From positions 1-48,317 of the forward strand of contig JBLIRO010000038.1 of NCBI GenBank assembly GCA_049472335.1: a stretch of 48,317 nt of DNA, given 5' to 3'. The position numbers and the translations under genes were made by a program. The notes beneath the pieces are model-generated. The model ran no database searches. It was not told the DNA's origin and saw only the letters and a program-made list of their open reading frames with translations. Positions 10,601-19,762 of this stretch are shown piece after piece (within the stretch, counting starts at the first letter, position 1; each line of letters opens with the position of its first letter). Source of the stretch: a bacterium. GTDB lineage: Bacteria > SZUA-182 > DTGQ01 > JAFGSM01.

Positions 10601-13269
10601 GACTCGTAGGAGCTTCCAGCCCCCACATTTACTTCACGTAGCCGGACAACAAGAGGAGCATTGAGGGCGAATGCGGGAATAGCCATCCTTACGGCCTTCG
10701 GAACATCCAGCAGGCCCCCCTCTTCATGGGAAAATATTTGGGGCGCCCAGACCTTGCCGACAATCTCACCTGCCAGGATTCCGCTCGTGGGGTCCGGCCC
10801 CAATAACTCATTGGCATTCAATTCAAAGATGACACTTTCAATGTAATCATCACACACAGGGATAAAGTTGCTGTAAGGCGCCAGAATCATTCCATCGGTT
10901 CGCAGGGATTCGGGCACAATTACCGGATATTCAACGCCGTCATTCAGGACATCCACTCTGTCAATGAGCAGGCGTATATCTACAATGAGTCCATTGGGAA
11001 GGTTATTGAGGATATGCAGAGGCAGGGGGGTATTTTGAGATGACCTTTTTATCTCAAAGGTGTCCGGGAATTGCCTTCCGAAATAAAGCTCGCCCTCGGG
11101 CCTGTCACCACCGAAAGTGCTAGGGGCCAATAGCCCTCCGAATGAATCAGCATCGAAATTGCAGCTCTGTTCAGTTTCGATAATATTAACTATCACCCCG
11201 TTAAACTTTATTCTGACACTGTCAATACCATCCCAGCCTGTTCCGGGCTCAAGCCTGTAAGAGATGCGAATGTCCTTGTCTCCGGGGGGATCCTCCAAAT
11301 CCAGATAAGAATGGTGCTCTCCGGATAATGTGGGTATTTCGGAAAGACTAAAACCGGAATCCTGATTAGGCGGGTAGGAGGGCGTAATCCATTTATCCAT
11401 GGCCACATCGACTACCATGATCGATGCGGAGTTTTCTCCCACGGAGACCCTTTCATCAGAATCAGCAAGTATCAGGCCATGTGTGCGCATTGAATCATCG
11501 ACAAACAGCTTTTCCTCCTTACCGTCTACCATTGCGAAGGCCTGAACCACAACCACCCTGACCTGCTCCACAATGCCCCCATAGGGCAGTGCCAGGCTGG
11601 CAAGGAAATTAAGATCCCCTGATCGATCCAGATCAGAAAAATAAAGGGTGTCAGGGGTTTTTGTGATATCCACAATCTCGAATCCTTGAGTGACAGAGTA
11701 CTGTGAAAGTGTGACCTCCTTCTGATTATCAAGAATGCTTGCAGTGGCAAGAAAATTATAAAGACCCTGCGTATCGGAAGGTATATAAGGATATTTAAGA
11801 TAATTAATCAGAGATGGGTCTCCTTTTCTCATAATCACATAAATTCGGCTGTAATCAATCCTCAGGCTTGTTTTACCTGCCACCGCATTAATGGGGTTGT
11901 AAAATATGGTCAAACTGGCGTTATTGAGAGAAGGCGGGGAAGGCGGCTTATCAGTTTCAGAAATAGTTATATCTGAAGATTCTTCACATCTCAGCAAATA
12001 CCCTTCCCCAGGCTCGATGCTGAAATTATTGAAGGGTAAGCCATCTATGTGGCCCTGCCACGAGCCATCTAGAAACCGGTCGATCTCGCCGCAACAGCCT
12101 CCCCGGCTGTTAATTTCATCAATAAATGTCTGAGCGTTAAAAATCCCTTGAGACCATGAGGGCAGCGAGACTACATTCCAGCCCTTTTCCAGATTAAGTG
12201 TTAAAGGTGATGATATATCATTGCCGGAAAGTTCCCACATACTTTCTTTACCTGCCCTTAGAATATAACCCTTACCCGGATACAATGAAAAATCGTTAAA
12301 GACCGATCCGCACTTATGCCCTGTAAAGACTCTGTTTTCAAGCTTGTAAACAGCTTTTGCATAGCCCCACTGGCCGGTGATCTCATCACATATATCCTGA
12401 GCAGTGGTCTCCTTAAAATCCAAAGGAAGGCCTATGGCATTCCATCCGGCAAACAAACGACGCTTAAGTGATTTTATCTCGTCCTGATCACATGAGTCCC
12501 CTACTCCATCCCCGTCCCAATCTGTTTGATATGGATTGGCAGCCAATAGACAATTATCGCACACATTCCCTATGCCGTCCTTATCCGAATCCTTTTGATC
12601 AGTATTATGCTGGTATGGGCAATTATCACACGCGTTACCCCGGCCATCCTGATCTAGATCCTTCTGGTCCTGGTTAGCATTAAACGGGCAGTTATCGCAT
12701 ATATTACCTACACCATCCTTGTCCGAATCCTTTTGATCAGCATTGGACTGATAGGGGCAATTATCCTTGTCATCTGTGATTCCATCCTGATCGTAATCCC
12801 CGGCTGCCTGGTTAACTAACAAAGTACAGGCATGCCAATTCAACGGCCCGAATTTTTCCTGTTTATACATTGACAAATGATAAGAGGGCCAAACCTGCCA
12901 TTTACCCGCCTTATTCAGGACCCTGGAGACCTTTATATTTCTGGTTTGTTTGGGTTCCAGTGGGGTGTTTGCGTAAGAAAAGCCAAAGGACGCGTTCAGG
13001 CTGTCAGGATCCAGCGCTGCTGCAAAAATACCCCTTGATCCGAGTGTAAGTGTTGATTGACTCACATTTTGAAGGGTAAACATTACCGTAATCGTGTCAC
13101 CCACATATAAGGGAAACGGACCTGTAACATTTAAATTAGTTAAAAGAATACTATCCTCTGAATCCGGCCCGGGATAAGAACAAAGAGATTTTTGTGCATT
13201 TCCTGAGATTGGAAAGACAAAAAAGAAAAAAACAAAGAAAAGCCCCGTTACCAGAATTTTCTTTTTCAT
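7648..13269 (-). CDS. Large secreted metzincin (M10/matrixin-like) zinc protease with TSP3 repeats, 'GWN' domain, two DUF4382-like domains and a ZU5-like domain
   Basis: [11 protein letters not shown] (9598-9630) followed by the Met-turn GTLMSY, plus a signal peptide. Start moved from TTG 13305 to ATG 13269 (MKKKILV), which has a GGAG RBS. Confidence 0.85.
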   Translation of the reverse strand: MKKKILVTGLFFVFFFFVFPISGNAQKSLCSYPGPDSEDSILLTNLNVTGPFPLYVGDTITVMFTLQNVSQSTLTLGSRGIFAAALDPDSLNASFGFSYANTPLEPKQTRNIKVSRVLNKAGKWQVWPSYHLSMYKQEKFGPLNWHACTLLVNQAAGDYDQDGITDDKDNCPYQSNADQKDSDKDGVGNICDNCPFNANQDQKDLDQDGRGNACDNCPYQHNTDQKDSDKDGIGNVCDNCLLAANPYQTDWDGDGVGDSCDQDEIKSLKRRLFAGWNAIGLPLDFKETTAQDICDEITGQWGYAKAVYKLENRVFTGHKCGSVFNDFSLYPGKGYILRAGKESMWELSGNDISSPLTLNLEKGWNVVSLPSWSQGIFNAQTFIDEINSRGGCCGEIDRFLDGSWQGHIDGLPFNNFSIEPGEGYLLRCEESSDITISETDKPPSPPSLNNASLTIFYNPINAVAGKTSLRIDYSRIYVIMRKGDPSLINYLKYPYIPSDTQGLYNFLATASILDNQKEVTLSQYSVTQGFEIVDITKTPDTLYFSDLDRSGDLNFLASLALPYGGIVEQVRVVVVQAFAMVDGKEEKLFVDDSMRTHGLILADSDERVSVGENSASIMVVDVAMDKWITPSYPPNQDSGFSLSEIPTLSGEHHSYLDLEDPPGDKDIRISYRLEPGTGWDGIDSVRIKFNGVIVNIIETEQSCNFDADSFGGLLAPSTFGGDRPEGELYFGRQFPDTFEIKRSSQNTPLPLHILNNLPNGLIVDIRLLIDRVDVLNDGVEYPVIVPESLRTDGMILAPYSNFIPVCDDYIESVIFELNANELLGPDPTSGILAGEIVGKVWAPQIFSHEEGGLLDVPKAVRMAIPAFALNAPLVVRLREVNVGAGSSYESMDVLFHQSTEQIGHGYEFGPDLFTFLRPVEIGLAIPAGYEGLDLALYTYNPEFDIWVPDVPDLLTIHKKMVIKELDRVIAAKEASDDLNDHFPPDFSHIPTENYGDLEIGEINNYREDGFLITKTNHFCLKSLFADLDVSTSDADYTPLLDGALDDMCQTDGFGWIRASNDSVHCGGSQPSSYDMRSAERKTRRIIDRNGVALRLRDNAKDFFDSITCPGSGSAVYCYDHDDFVDDVEWAVNVWKEVINRDPDGSWEDRFHINCWDLTDDDGTCAGDEIDIGIKDLGAPGLNYGKNINLDEGLMNNVVNGGPTERVIMRATLIHELGHALGLDHWAGPGTLMSYQGRYRRNDHKINLCGTYSQAQLSTAGDPNSLMAGLSQDCRTPELDNRWGTTSVNWARLNRVTCTDVMRIRGQIDSGSGWTSAAPLHCEIITEQTEYATSEMPMYDSITNEAYFVMDFDLRFQHCGDTPEFNRLELEILEIDADNRANAVKNLYDHVYEVDPITRGADDFYNIPVVLDSRNLVGVQTHMATGIQVYQSFSEYMIDQNIDNLAMVLRVYSNSDISAGGVRREFVAGSTGLIRSPILSPVDARITLGVSDMTLGGVSISTDSLIMNYNDFISSPDLFPYIDNATQKPNVGKVLYVIVPPRNSQNLANPAMNYQVEFTWETTDLEFAAGSYGPALIWVDSIEITKEDVPTIADWSAAGGSPQNVTPVDFIPYNTVPAQDPCQNRSGSFELPALSDEPLRSVTIAGGTRIDAWELYHVRVTYDYIHYGDPSDPFCRPDSPVCDNPALCTRSPDTVFGTRTEDFYISISGPTGAIVTPRNVDSVCLFDASTSGEHYTVAANVLSLKTLAGYFDDYEFQMCIAGTGKVRTVGGGICGSVTYDGSGWVDIDSVGSDGIYSIRPEWQNNCNDEAFNVELQYRYRTVGSASWTELVLDTLRLRIDSDNNDCDADSFHYDVECSPWDSTYKCPANIQEGA
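12480..12800 (-). repeat. Coding tandem repeats (thrombospondin type 3, about 23 aa / 69 bp period)
   Basis: DNCP...N.DQKD.D.DG.GN.C is repeated about 4.5 times. Confidence 0.85.
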
Positions 13270-13533
13270 AACTCCACCTAATCTTATAACCTTATTTAAT
13301 TTCAATATGCTTCCGTCTCATTAACCAATATGTCATACATAAGAGGGTTCAAACTCAAAATTAAACTAATAAACTAACACCGTACCCTAGGATATCTAAT
13401 TAAGCATTACTTATTGATTTGTCGTCTTTTTACTGGCCTCCATTCAAGTTAATAATTAAGTAGCCCATAAGCCCTTTTGCATACAATGACGAGAAAATTA
13501 ATCGAAAGGGAAATATTGATGATCTTATAATAA

Positions 13534-13562
13534 AGTATAACTATCGAGCAAAGACCTGTCAA
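13534..13562 (-). promoter_or_regulatory. Putative sigma70 promoter for the metzincin gene
   Basis: TTGACA-N17-TATACT on the minus strand. Confidence 0.6.
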
Positions 13563-13663
13563 TGTAAAATTATATCCCTGTTTTAAAATAACTGAACCGA
13601 TCTTTTCGTTAATTATTTTATAATAATACTATTACATTATATTTTACTTAATAATTTATTTCT

Positions 13664-13693
13664 TTGACAAAGGGCCGTGGTCTGAGTTATACT
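13664..13693 (+). promoter_or_regulatory. Putative sigma70 promoter for the ECF sigma gene
   Basis: TTGACA-N18-TATACT. Confidence 0.55.
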
Positions 13694-13879
13694 TTTATAC
13701 TAAGTTATTTGAATTATAGCTATTATCCATTTTTTTAACATTTTTATCTATAAAATAATTAAGGATATGTGAGTAGAAATAAAACAATTCAGATTTCACA
13801 CTCGCCTTTCTCACATACTTAAAAGACTTTTTCCCATGGATGTTCTGGATAAAAATCACGATTTTCACTTTCACAAACA

Positions 13880-14530
13880 ATGAGCATTAGGAACAATCAA
13901 AGCATATCCGATAATGAGCTTCTCAATGAATGCTTCAAAGGAAGTGAACGGGCATGGGAAGTATTCCATGAAAGGTTTTCCCGGCTTATCACAGCCACCA
14001 TAAGCCGAACGGCAAGTGTCCATAGAACGAATCTGGCTCCGGAGGACTTAAGGGATTGTGAACAAAACATCTGGACAGGACTGCTGGAAAATGATTATAA
14101 AAGATTGAGAAGTTACCGGGGTACGCATGGATGCACTTTGGCCACCTGGCTGAGGACATGCACTGTCAATATGACCATAAATTTTCTTGTTTCCATAAAC
14201 AGGCTGACTCACAGGTATATTCCAATAGGCGATACCATATATGCCGGAAATCAAAAAAGGGACAATCCTGAAAAGGATATTGAAAAACAGGAAATCCTGG
14301 AGAAGTTAATAAAAATAATTAAATGCGATCTTACCGGCCGTGAAAGACTTCTCGTATCGCTATATTGGTTCGAAGAAATCCCTTTTGAAGAAATTTCACG
14401 CATCATGAACCAATCCGTGGAAAATCTTTATGTTATAAAATACAGGATACAAAAAAAGGTTCAGCATATTTTTGAAGAAACTATTAAATCTGAAAAACAA
14501 AAAAATTTGCAGCAACATAACAAAAGTTGA
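13880..14530 (+). CDS. ECF-type RNA polymerase sigma-70 factor
   Basis: SDNELLNEC..G.ERAWEVFHERF; region 2 (EDLRDCEQNIW...LATWLRTCTVN); region 4 (LTGRERLLVSLYWFEEIPFEEISRIMN...YVIKYRIQKK). Confidence 0.92.
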   Translation: MSIRNNQSISDNELLNECFKGSERAWEVFHERFSRLITATISRTASVHRTNLAPEDLRDCEQNIWTGLLENDYKRLRSYRGTHGCTLATWLRTCTVNMTINFLVSINRLTHRYIPIGDTIYAGNQKRDNPEKDIEKQEILEKLIKIIKCDLTGRERLLVSLYWFEEIPFEEISRIMNQSVENLYVIKYRIQKKVQHIFEETIKSEKQKNLQQHNKS

Positions 14531-14557
14531 AAGAAAAATGAGTTTTGATGGTCTATT
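14528..14557 (+). promoter_or_regulatory. Putative ECF-sigma-dependent promoter (copy 1), overlapping the sigma stop codon
   Basis: TGAAAGA-N16-GTCTATT, with boxes and spacing identical to 25660-25689. Confidence 0.7.
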
Positions 14558-14586
14558 TTTTTGAATCTGATAACAGAGGGGAAAAA

Positions 14587-15360
14587 ATGAAAGACAAAGA
14601 TCTCGGCAAATGGTTACATGACGCCTTCACCCGGATGGAGGAGAAAAAGAGGAAAACCAAATTCCAAAAAGACCCGGAAGCCGGAGAATGCCTTTCGGAA
14701 GAAGCCATTTCAGATTATCTTTCGTCAAGCCTCCCCGAGTCCGAAAAAGAACAGGCAGAGCATCATTTATCCCTTTGTCCCCATTGCAGGCATATATTAA
14801 CTACCTCCATGAAGGTTGAGGCCCTGGAGCAGGCGGAATCAGCTACAAGGGAAAAACATGCAGAGCTGAGCAAGGCCCTTGGCAAAAAAATTATAGAAGG
14901 GATCAGTGCAATTACGGAAACTCTGAACATCTCACTGGCATGGGCCAGGGGAAACCTCATTATGACAGAAACCAATGCCGATTCTTTCCTTTCCTTTCCC
15001 CTGAAGGATGTTCTCAGACCGATCCCGGTCCGGGGGGGGAGTCATCCCTCAGAAAAAACGGAACTTCCGTCAATCACCAAAATGGGAAAAGATTACAAGA
15101 TCATTATCAATATCCGCAAGGAAGGGGAAAAAAGCTGTGAGCTGGATTGCAGGAGCATTCCAACAGAACATGAAAAGAAAGGGGCAAAGATCAAGGCGTA
15201 TCTAATACAGGACGACCGGATCCTCAATTCCTATCCCTTTGAGCAAGACAGGGTGAGATTGCACGGGATTATACCCGGGCAATACAGTATGGTCATCCGC
15301 GGTGAAGAAGAGGTGATCGCCGTAATATCGCTTAAAATAGAATCCGGGGTCGGGGAATGA
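14587..15360 (+). CDS. Soluble zinc-finger (zf-HC2/ZAS) anti-sigma factor with a C-terminal beta-sandwich-like domain
   Basis: CLSEEAISDYL...EHHLSLCPHCR (HxxxCxxC), no TM helix. ATG 14587 with a GAGGGG RBS is preferred over TTG 14545. Confidence 0.85.
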   Translation: MKDKDLGKWLHDAFTRMEEKKRKTKFQKDPEAGECLSEEAISDYLSSSLPESEKEQAEHHLSLCPHCRHILTTSMKVEALEQAESATREKHAELSKALGKKIIEGISAITETLNISLAWARGNLIMTETNADSFLSFPLKDVLRPIPVRGGSHPSEKTELPSITKMGKDYKIIINIRKEGEKSCELDCRSIPTEHEKKGAKIKAYLIQDDRILNSYPFEQDRVRLHGIIPGQYSMVIRGEEEVIAVISLKIESGVGE

Positions 15361-17552
15361 CTGAACATGGCGTAAAATTGGCAGGCAAACCTGAAAAATT
15401 GATCCATCTGAGGGTGACAAGGGTGGACCAGGGCCGGGAGCTAATGATTAGCCTCGATGAAAAAAGCCCGGGAGAGGAAATAACCCTTCAGCAATATATA
15501 CGAACCGATGTTTCCTTATCTTCCATTCAAAGCCTGTCCCGGGAGATATTTTCCCTTCTGCGTCAGTCAACAGGTAATAACGGGAAAGGAAACGCCCAGC
15601 GTCTAAAGGAGGCCGGCCAGCACCTTTATGATTCCATCTTTCCTCTTCAAATCAAGGAAAAGCTGGCTACCACAAACTCAAGGCACCTTTATCTGTTTAT
15701 GGATGATTCCCTGGTCGGCATACCATGGGAGGTCTTATATGACGGGGAGAGCTTCTTCAGCCTCCGTTTTAACATGGGGCGGTTGGTAACGACCGCACAG
15801 CCCATTTCAAAGAAAAGGGACCGGGGCCCCAGGGGAAAAATCAAGATGCTGATACTAGCTGATCCAAGAAAGGATCTGCCGGATTCTTACCAGGAGGGTT
15901 TCCTTCTTTCCGAAAGCCTGGAGGCATGGGACGATTCTCTCGAGATTTACCTGGATACAACCCATATAGATTTCAATAAGATATTCAGACAGATCCCTCA
16001 ATTCGATATTATTCACTACGCAGGGCATGCCGTATTTAATGAAAAAAATCCCGGTCTGAGCGGATGGTATCTGGAGGACGGCCTGCTGACCGCCCAGGAT
16101 ATCATCAAGATATCAGGAGGGAAGAAAAATTTCCCCCACCTGATCTTCTCTAACGCCTGCCAGAGCGGCCAGACCTCAGAATGGTCCGCTTCGGAGCCTC
16201 AGGAATGGGTCAACCGGGCCTTCGATCTGGTAAATGTATTTCTCCGTTGTGGGGTTCAACACTATATCGGGACATTCCAGGACATCTCCGACCCCGCCAG
16301 CCTGGATCTGGCCCTTTCCTTTTACCGGTCCATGACTGAAGAATGCTCCGTTGGCGAATCACTCCGCCGGGCAAGGCTTCAACTCATAAACAAATACGAT
16401 AAGGATAATCTTATCTGGGCCTTTTACATGCTCTATGGTGATCCGACGGTCAGCTATTTCAGGCAGCAGGAAGAAGGCAAGTATGTTTCAGGCCATATGG
16501 GCCTGCAGTCAAAATCACATGACACCAGAGATAATGTAACTGATGAAACATGTTGTGCCTCAAGTGTTGATTCAAGGGATGCCCTTGGTGATTACGCAAG
16601 GGATGACAAAAGCAGTGACATAAGTGATGATACAAGGGATGATACAAGTGATAAAATGGGTCGAACCTGCCTGGATATCCATATAAAGAATCCTGAAAAG
16701 GGACCGGACAAACATCCCGAAAAAGAGAAAATCATCAGCCAGGCCGGACCTGTTAAAAGAACCCGCAACATTGACGTATTCGAGCGCCAGGATCAAGGTC
16801 CGGGAATTCATCAAAATAAGGAAACCAAAAAAATCGCAAATAGACGGATAAAAATGGCTGGCCTTTTCATGGGTGGGGCATTTTTGCTTCTTATATGCGT
16901 CATACTGATTTACCTCTTTTCCAACCTACCCCATTATCGCCACACACGCCATGATCCATTTGAAAAAAGTGAAAATCAGGAGACCGATCTTGCCTGGGAG
17001 AAGGAAAAATGGCGTATTGTCCATGATATCCAGGCAAAGCTGAATGAGCGTTACTCGGATCAAAAAATCCCTGCGAAGATATCTTCATACCCAGATGCCC
17101 CTATGACCATTTGTATCATCCCCGCTATACCCCTGTGGAAGGAAAAGGCGCCATCCAAACTGATGACCGCCCATCTTCTTGAAGAATTGAATCTTTACTG
17201 GATGCATCAACCGGGATTTATGGTGGTTGAAAGGGATAGATTGGATTTTGTGTTTGAAGAACTGGAAAGGGCTACATCGAATATCACAGAAAGCAAATTG
17301 AAATTCGCGGTGGGAAAGATCTTTGGGGCCAAAGGAATCCTGTTTGTACGTACAATCCCTGAAAACCCGGGAGCTTCTTTTCCCTCCTTCGGGGAAAAAA
17401 CAAAGGCCTTTCTACGCTATGTGGACACTGAAACCTCTGTGATAAAGGCTATGGCAGAGGCATCCCTGAAGGATACCAGGGATGTCAAGAGGGTAACCCA
17501 TGCCCTGGGTAAAGAAATCCTTCAATCATTGAAAACATCAGAAGTGAGGTGA
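15357..17552 (+). CDS. Membrane-anchored CHAT-domain (clan CD, caspase-like) protease with a C-terminal CsgG/FlgO-like periplasmic domain
   Basis: IPWEVLYDG, IIHYAGHA (catalytic His), FSNACQSG (catalytic Cys), WAFYMLYGDP. One TM at about 16854-16920. Then VVERDRLDFVFEEL...VGKIFGAKGILF. Confidence 0.9.
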   Translation: MTEHGVKLAGKPEKLIHLRVTRVDQGRELMISLDEKSPGEEITLQQYIRTDVSLSSIQSLSREIFSLLRQSTGNNGKGNAQRLKEAGQHLYDSIFPLQIKEKLATTNSRHLYLFMDDSLVGIPWEVLYDGESFFSLRFNMGRLVTTAQPISKKRDRGPRGKIKMLILADPRKDLPDSYQEGFLLSESLEAWDDSLEIYLDTTHIDFNKIFRQIPQFDIIHYAGHAVFNEKNPGLSGWYLEDGLLTAQDIIKISGGKKNFPHLIFSNACQSGQTSEWSASEPQEWVNRAFDLVNVFLRCGVQHYIGTFQDISDPASLDLALSFYRSMTEECSVGESLRRARLQLINKYDKDNLIWAFYMLYGDPTVSYFRQQEEGKYVSGHMGLQSKSHDTRDNVTDETCCASSVDSRDALGDYARDDKSSDISDDTRDDTSDKMGRTCLDIHIKNPEKGPDKHPEKEKIISQAGPVKRTRNIDVFERQDQGPGIHQNKETKKIANRRIKMAGLFMGGAFLLLICVILIYLFSNLPHYRHTRHDPFEKSENQETDLAWEKEKWRIVHDIQAKLNERYSDQKIPAKISSYPDAPMTICIIPAIPLWKEKAPSKLMTAHLLEELNLYWMHQPGFMVVERDRLDFVFEELERATSNITESKLKFAVGKIFGAKGILFVRTIPENPGASFPSFGEKTKAFLRYVDTETSVIKAMAEASLKDTRDVKRVTHALGKEILQSLKTSEVR

Positions 17553-17555
17553 GGG

Positions 17556-19751
17556 TTGTTACGGAACCGGTCTTTACTCCCCTGCCCTTTCAGCCTCTTT
17601 CCCATATACCTTTCCTTTTTGGGATTGCTGGGACTTTTTTTGTCCGCCTGCGCCTTCCAATCTCCTGAGCCTTGCGTCAAACAGGGCAAGGTTTACGGAG
17701 TTACGGACGACTGGATCGTCAGTCACGACTGGGACAGTTGCTACCGGAGGGCCGTTTCTTATGCCCAGGGGGATTGCCGGTCGCAGGCCATGGACCAGTT
17801 TCGTATAGCCATACGTCAAAGGCCAAACGACCAATGGCGCGCCCGCTCCTACGGCATGCATGTGCTGGATGAATATTTTCCGCACAGGGAAATGGGGATT
17901 ATCTACCTCAGGGAAGGAAAACTGGAAGAGGCCATTGAAGAGCTCTCCATCTCCCTGGCTACGGCTGATTCGGCCAAGGCCAAATATTATCTCAACCAGG
18001 CCCGAAAAGGATGGCTTGAAAGGACAGGCCTGGACAGGAATCCTCCTGGCATCCGTTTTTATACACAACCTGATATATCATATGAGCAATCCGATGTGAC
18101 GGAAAAATGGTTTTACACGAACCTGGACACTTTTCCCATTAACGGAGAAGCCATGGATGATTATTATGTGTCCGCGATCCTTATCAACGAACAACCCCTG
18201 TTTATCGATCTCGCGCAGCCAGTTGTCCCTTTCAGCAAGAACGTATCCCTTAATACAGGGGAAAACCGTTTTCTATTCAGGGTCACGGACCTGACCGGCA
18301 AGGAATATAATGAGGGCCTGCAAATCTTTCTTGACCAGCAAGGGCCAAGCCTTTTCTTCAGCCCTGAAGCCGTCCCTGACCGGAGCAACCCTTCACATCT
18401 TGATCCTGCGGGACATCCCAATGAAAAAAAAGACCCTGCAAATATGACTATAATTCGTGGGATCGTTTTCGATGCCGGGGGGGTGCATACACTGGTCTTT
18501 GGAGAAAAGGAAATCCCTTTGATGCGTGGTGTCACCCATAAAGAGTTCGAAATAGAAATCACTTCACCTGAAATTCCGGCCTTTTGGGCCAGAGATCTGG
18601 CAGGGAACGTCACCCGGGGAGACCTGGGCCATATATTGAGCATGAGCGAGCGGGACCTTTTCAATCCTGTCCGGGTAGCTGCCAATGATCCCTCTCTAAC
18701 CGGGCTTATATCAGGAAGGGGTAACGCTCAAACTGAAAGAACTCCCGGGATATACATTGAGGATTGTCCGGCAACAGTTTTTCAACCGGTTGTGGTCATC
18801 CTGGGAAGGATCGAGACCTGGAATGAGATCACTGAAGCCTGGATCAATGATGAGCCTCTTTTATCCGGCATGGAAGCCAACGGTCTTCTTCATATATTGC
18901 GCCGGTTCTGGCACGGAAAAAGGACGCTCTTTTATTTCACACGCCTGATCAAGGGATTAAAAGAAGGAGAAAACCGCCTGACTATTAGTATCAAGGACGC
19001 TGACGGAAGGTCCGCAAGCAAAGATATTATGGTGGAATACCGGATAAGGGAGATTGACCGGATCGGGAACAGATGGTGCCTTGCCATCCTTCCCTTCCGG
19101 GTTCGGGAGATGGATATGCCCCTCTTTGCCACTCCACCCCCCGGCCCCTTGTCATTCCTCACGGAAGGGCTTTACCTCTCTTTTTTCCGGATAAAACGAT
19201 TCAATCTGGTGGAAAGGGAGCGGATTGACTCCGTTATGAACGAGCTTGGATTGCAATCCGGTTACGCTGTTGATGACATCACCGGCCCCAGGTTCGGGAA
19301 GCTCCTTGTAGCTGAGGTGCTGCTTTCGGGGTCTTTCCGGGAAGCATGGGACGGCAGGGACCGCTGTCTCGAGATCGTCGCCAGGCTTGTGGATGTTGAA
19401 ACAAGCGATGTTCTCTCCATAAAGAGTGTCTACAACCGCTGGAAAGACAAAAATGATGAAGAATATCTTCTCTCGGGCCTGGCCCGGATATTTCAACAGG
19501 AATTCCCGCTGGTGCGGGGAGAAGTTATAAATAAAAAACGGCATATCTTTGAAATCAATCTAACTAGAGCTGATATGATAAAAAAAGGAATGAAGGTCGT
19601 CGTGTACAGATCGACAGAGGAAATGCAAATTCATAATATCCTTGGTGAGGCAAGGATGGAAGAGGTAAACCATGATTTTTCCTCAGCCTTACCCTCTACA
19701 GAAAAGCTTCTAGAGGTTATCCGGATTGGAGACCTGGTAATGACAAAATAA
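17556..19751 (+). CDS. Lipoprotein with TPR repeats, Ig-like domains, a CsgG/FlgO-like domain and a FlgT-C-like tail
   Basis: Lipobox FLSAC, TPR (HREMGIIYLREGKLEEAIEELSISL), and FNLVERERIDSVMNEL...FGKLLVAEVLLSG...ARLVDVET. Confidence 0.8.
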   Translation: MLRNRSLLPCPFSLFPIYLSFLGLLGLFLSACAFQSPEPCVKQGKVYGVTDDWIVSHDWDSCYRRAVSYAQGDCRSQAMDQFRIAIRQRPNDQWRARSYGMHVLDEYFPHREMGIIYLREGKLEEAIEELSISLATADSAKAKYYLNQARKGWLERTGLDRNPPGIRFYTQPDISYEQSDVTEKWFYTNLDTFPINGEAMDDYYVSAILINEQPLFIDLAQPVVPFSKNVSLNTGENRFLFRVTDLTGKEYNEGLQIFLDQQGPSLFFSPEAVPDRSNPSHLDPAGHPNEKKDPANMTIIRGIVFDAGGVHTLVFGEKEIPLMRGVTHKEFEIEITSPEIPAFWARDLAGNVTRGDLGHILSMSERDLFNPVRVAANDPSLTGLISGRGNAQTERTPGIYIEDCPATVFQPVVVILGRIETWNEITEAWINDEPLLSGMEANGLLHILRRFWHGKRTLFYFTRLIKGLKEGENRLTISIKDADGRSASKDIMVEYRIREIDRIGNRWCLAILPFRVREMDMPLFATPPPGPLSFLTEGLYLSFFRIKRFNLVERERIDSVMNELGLQSGYAVDDITGPRFGKLLVAEVLLSGSFREAWDGRDRCLEIVARLVDVETSDVLSIKSVYNRWKDKNDEEYLLSGLARIFQQEFPLVRGEVINKKRHIFEINLTRADMIKKGMKVVVYRSTEEMQIHNILGEARMEEVNHDFSSALPSTEKLLEVIRIGDLVMTK

Positions 19752-19762
19752 AGGAGTATATT

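Noticed and set aside
14545..14586. N-terminal extension of the anti-sigma from TTG 14545
   Set aside because: It overlaps the putative promoter, and ATG 14587 has a good RBS.
13880..17552. Type III-E CRISPR (Craspase) locus
   Set aside because: No Cas7-11, Csx30/31-like gene or repeat-spacer array is visible, and the CHAT is membrane-anchored without an N-terminal TPR. The link is analogy only.
15357..19751. Curli (csg) secretion operon
   Set aside because: Only CsgG-like domains fused into larger proteins are present; no CsgA/B/E/F-like genes are recognisable.
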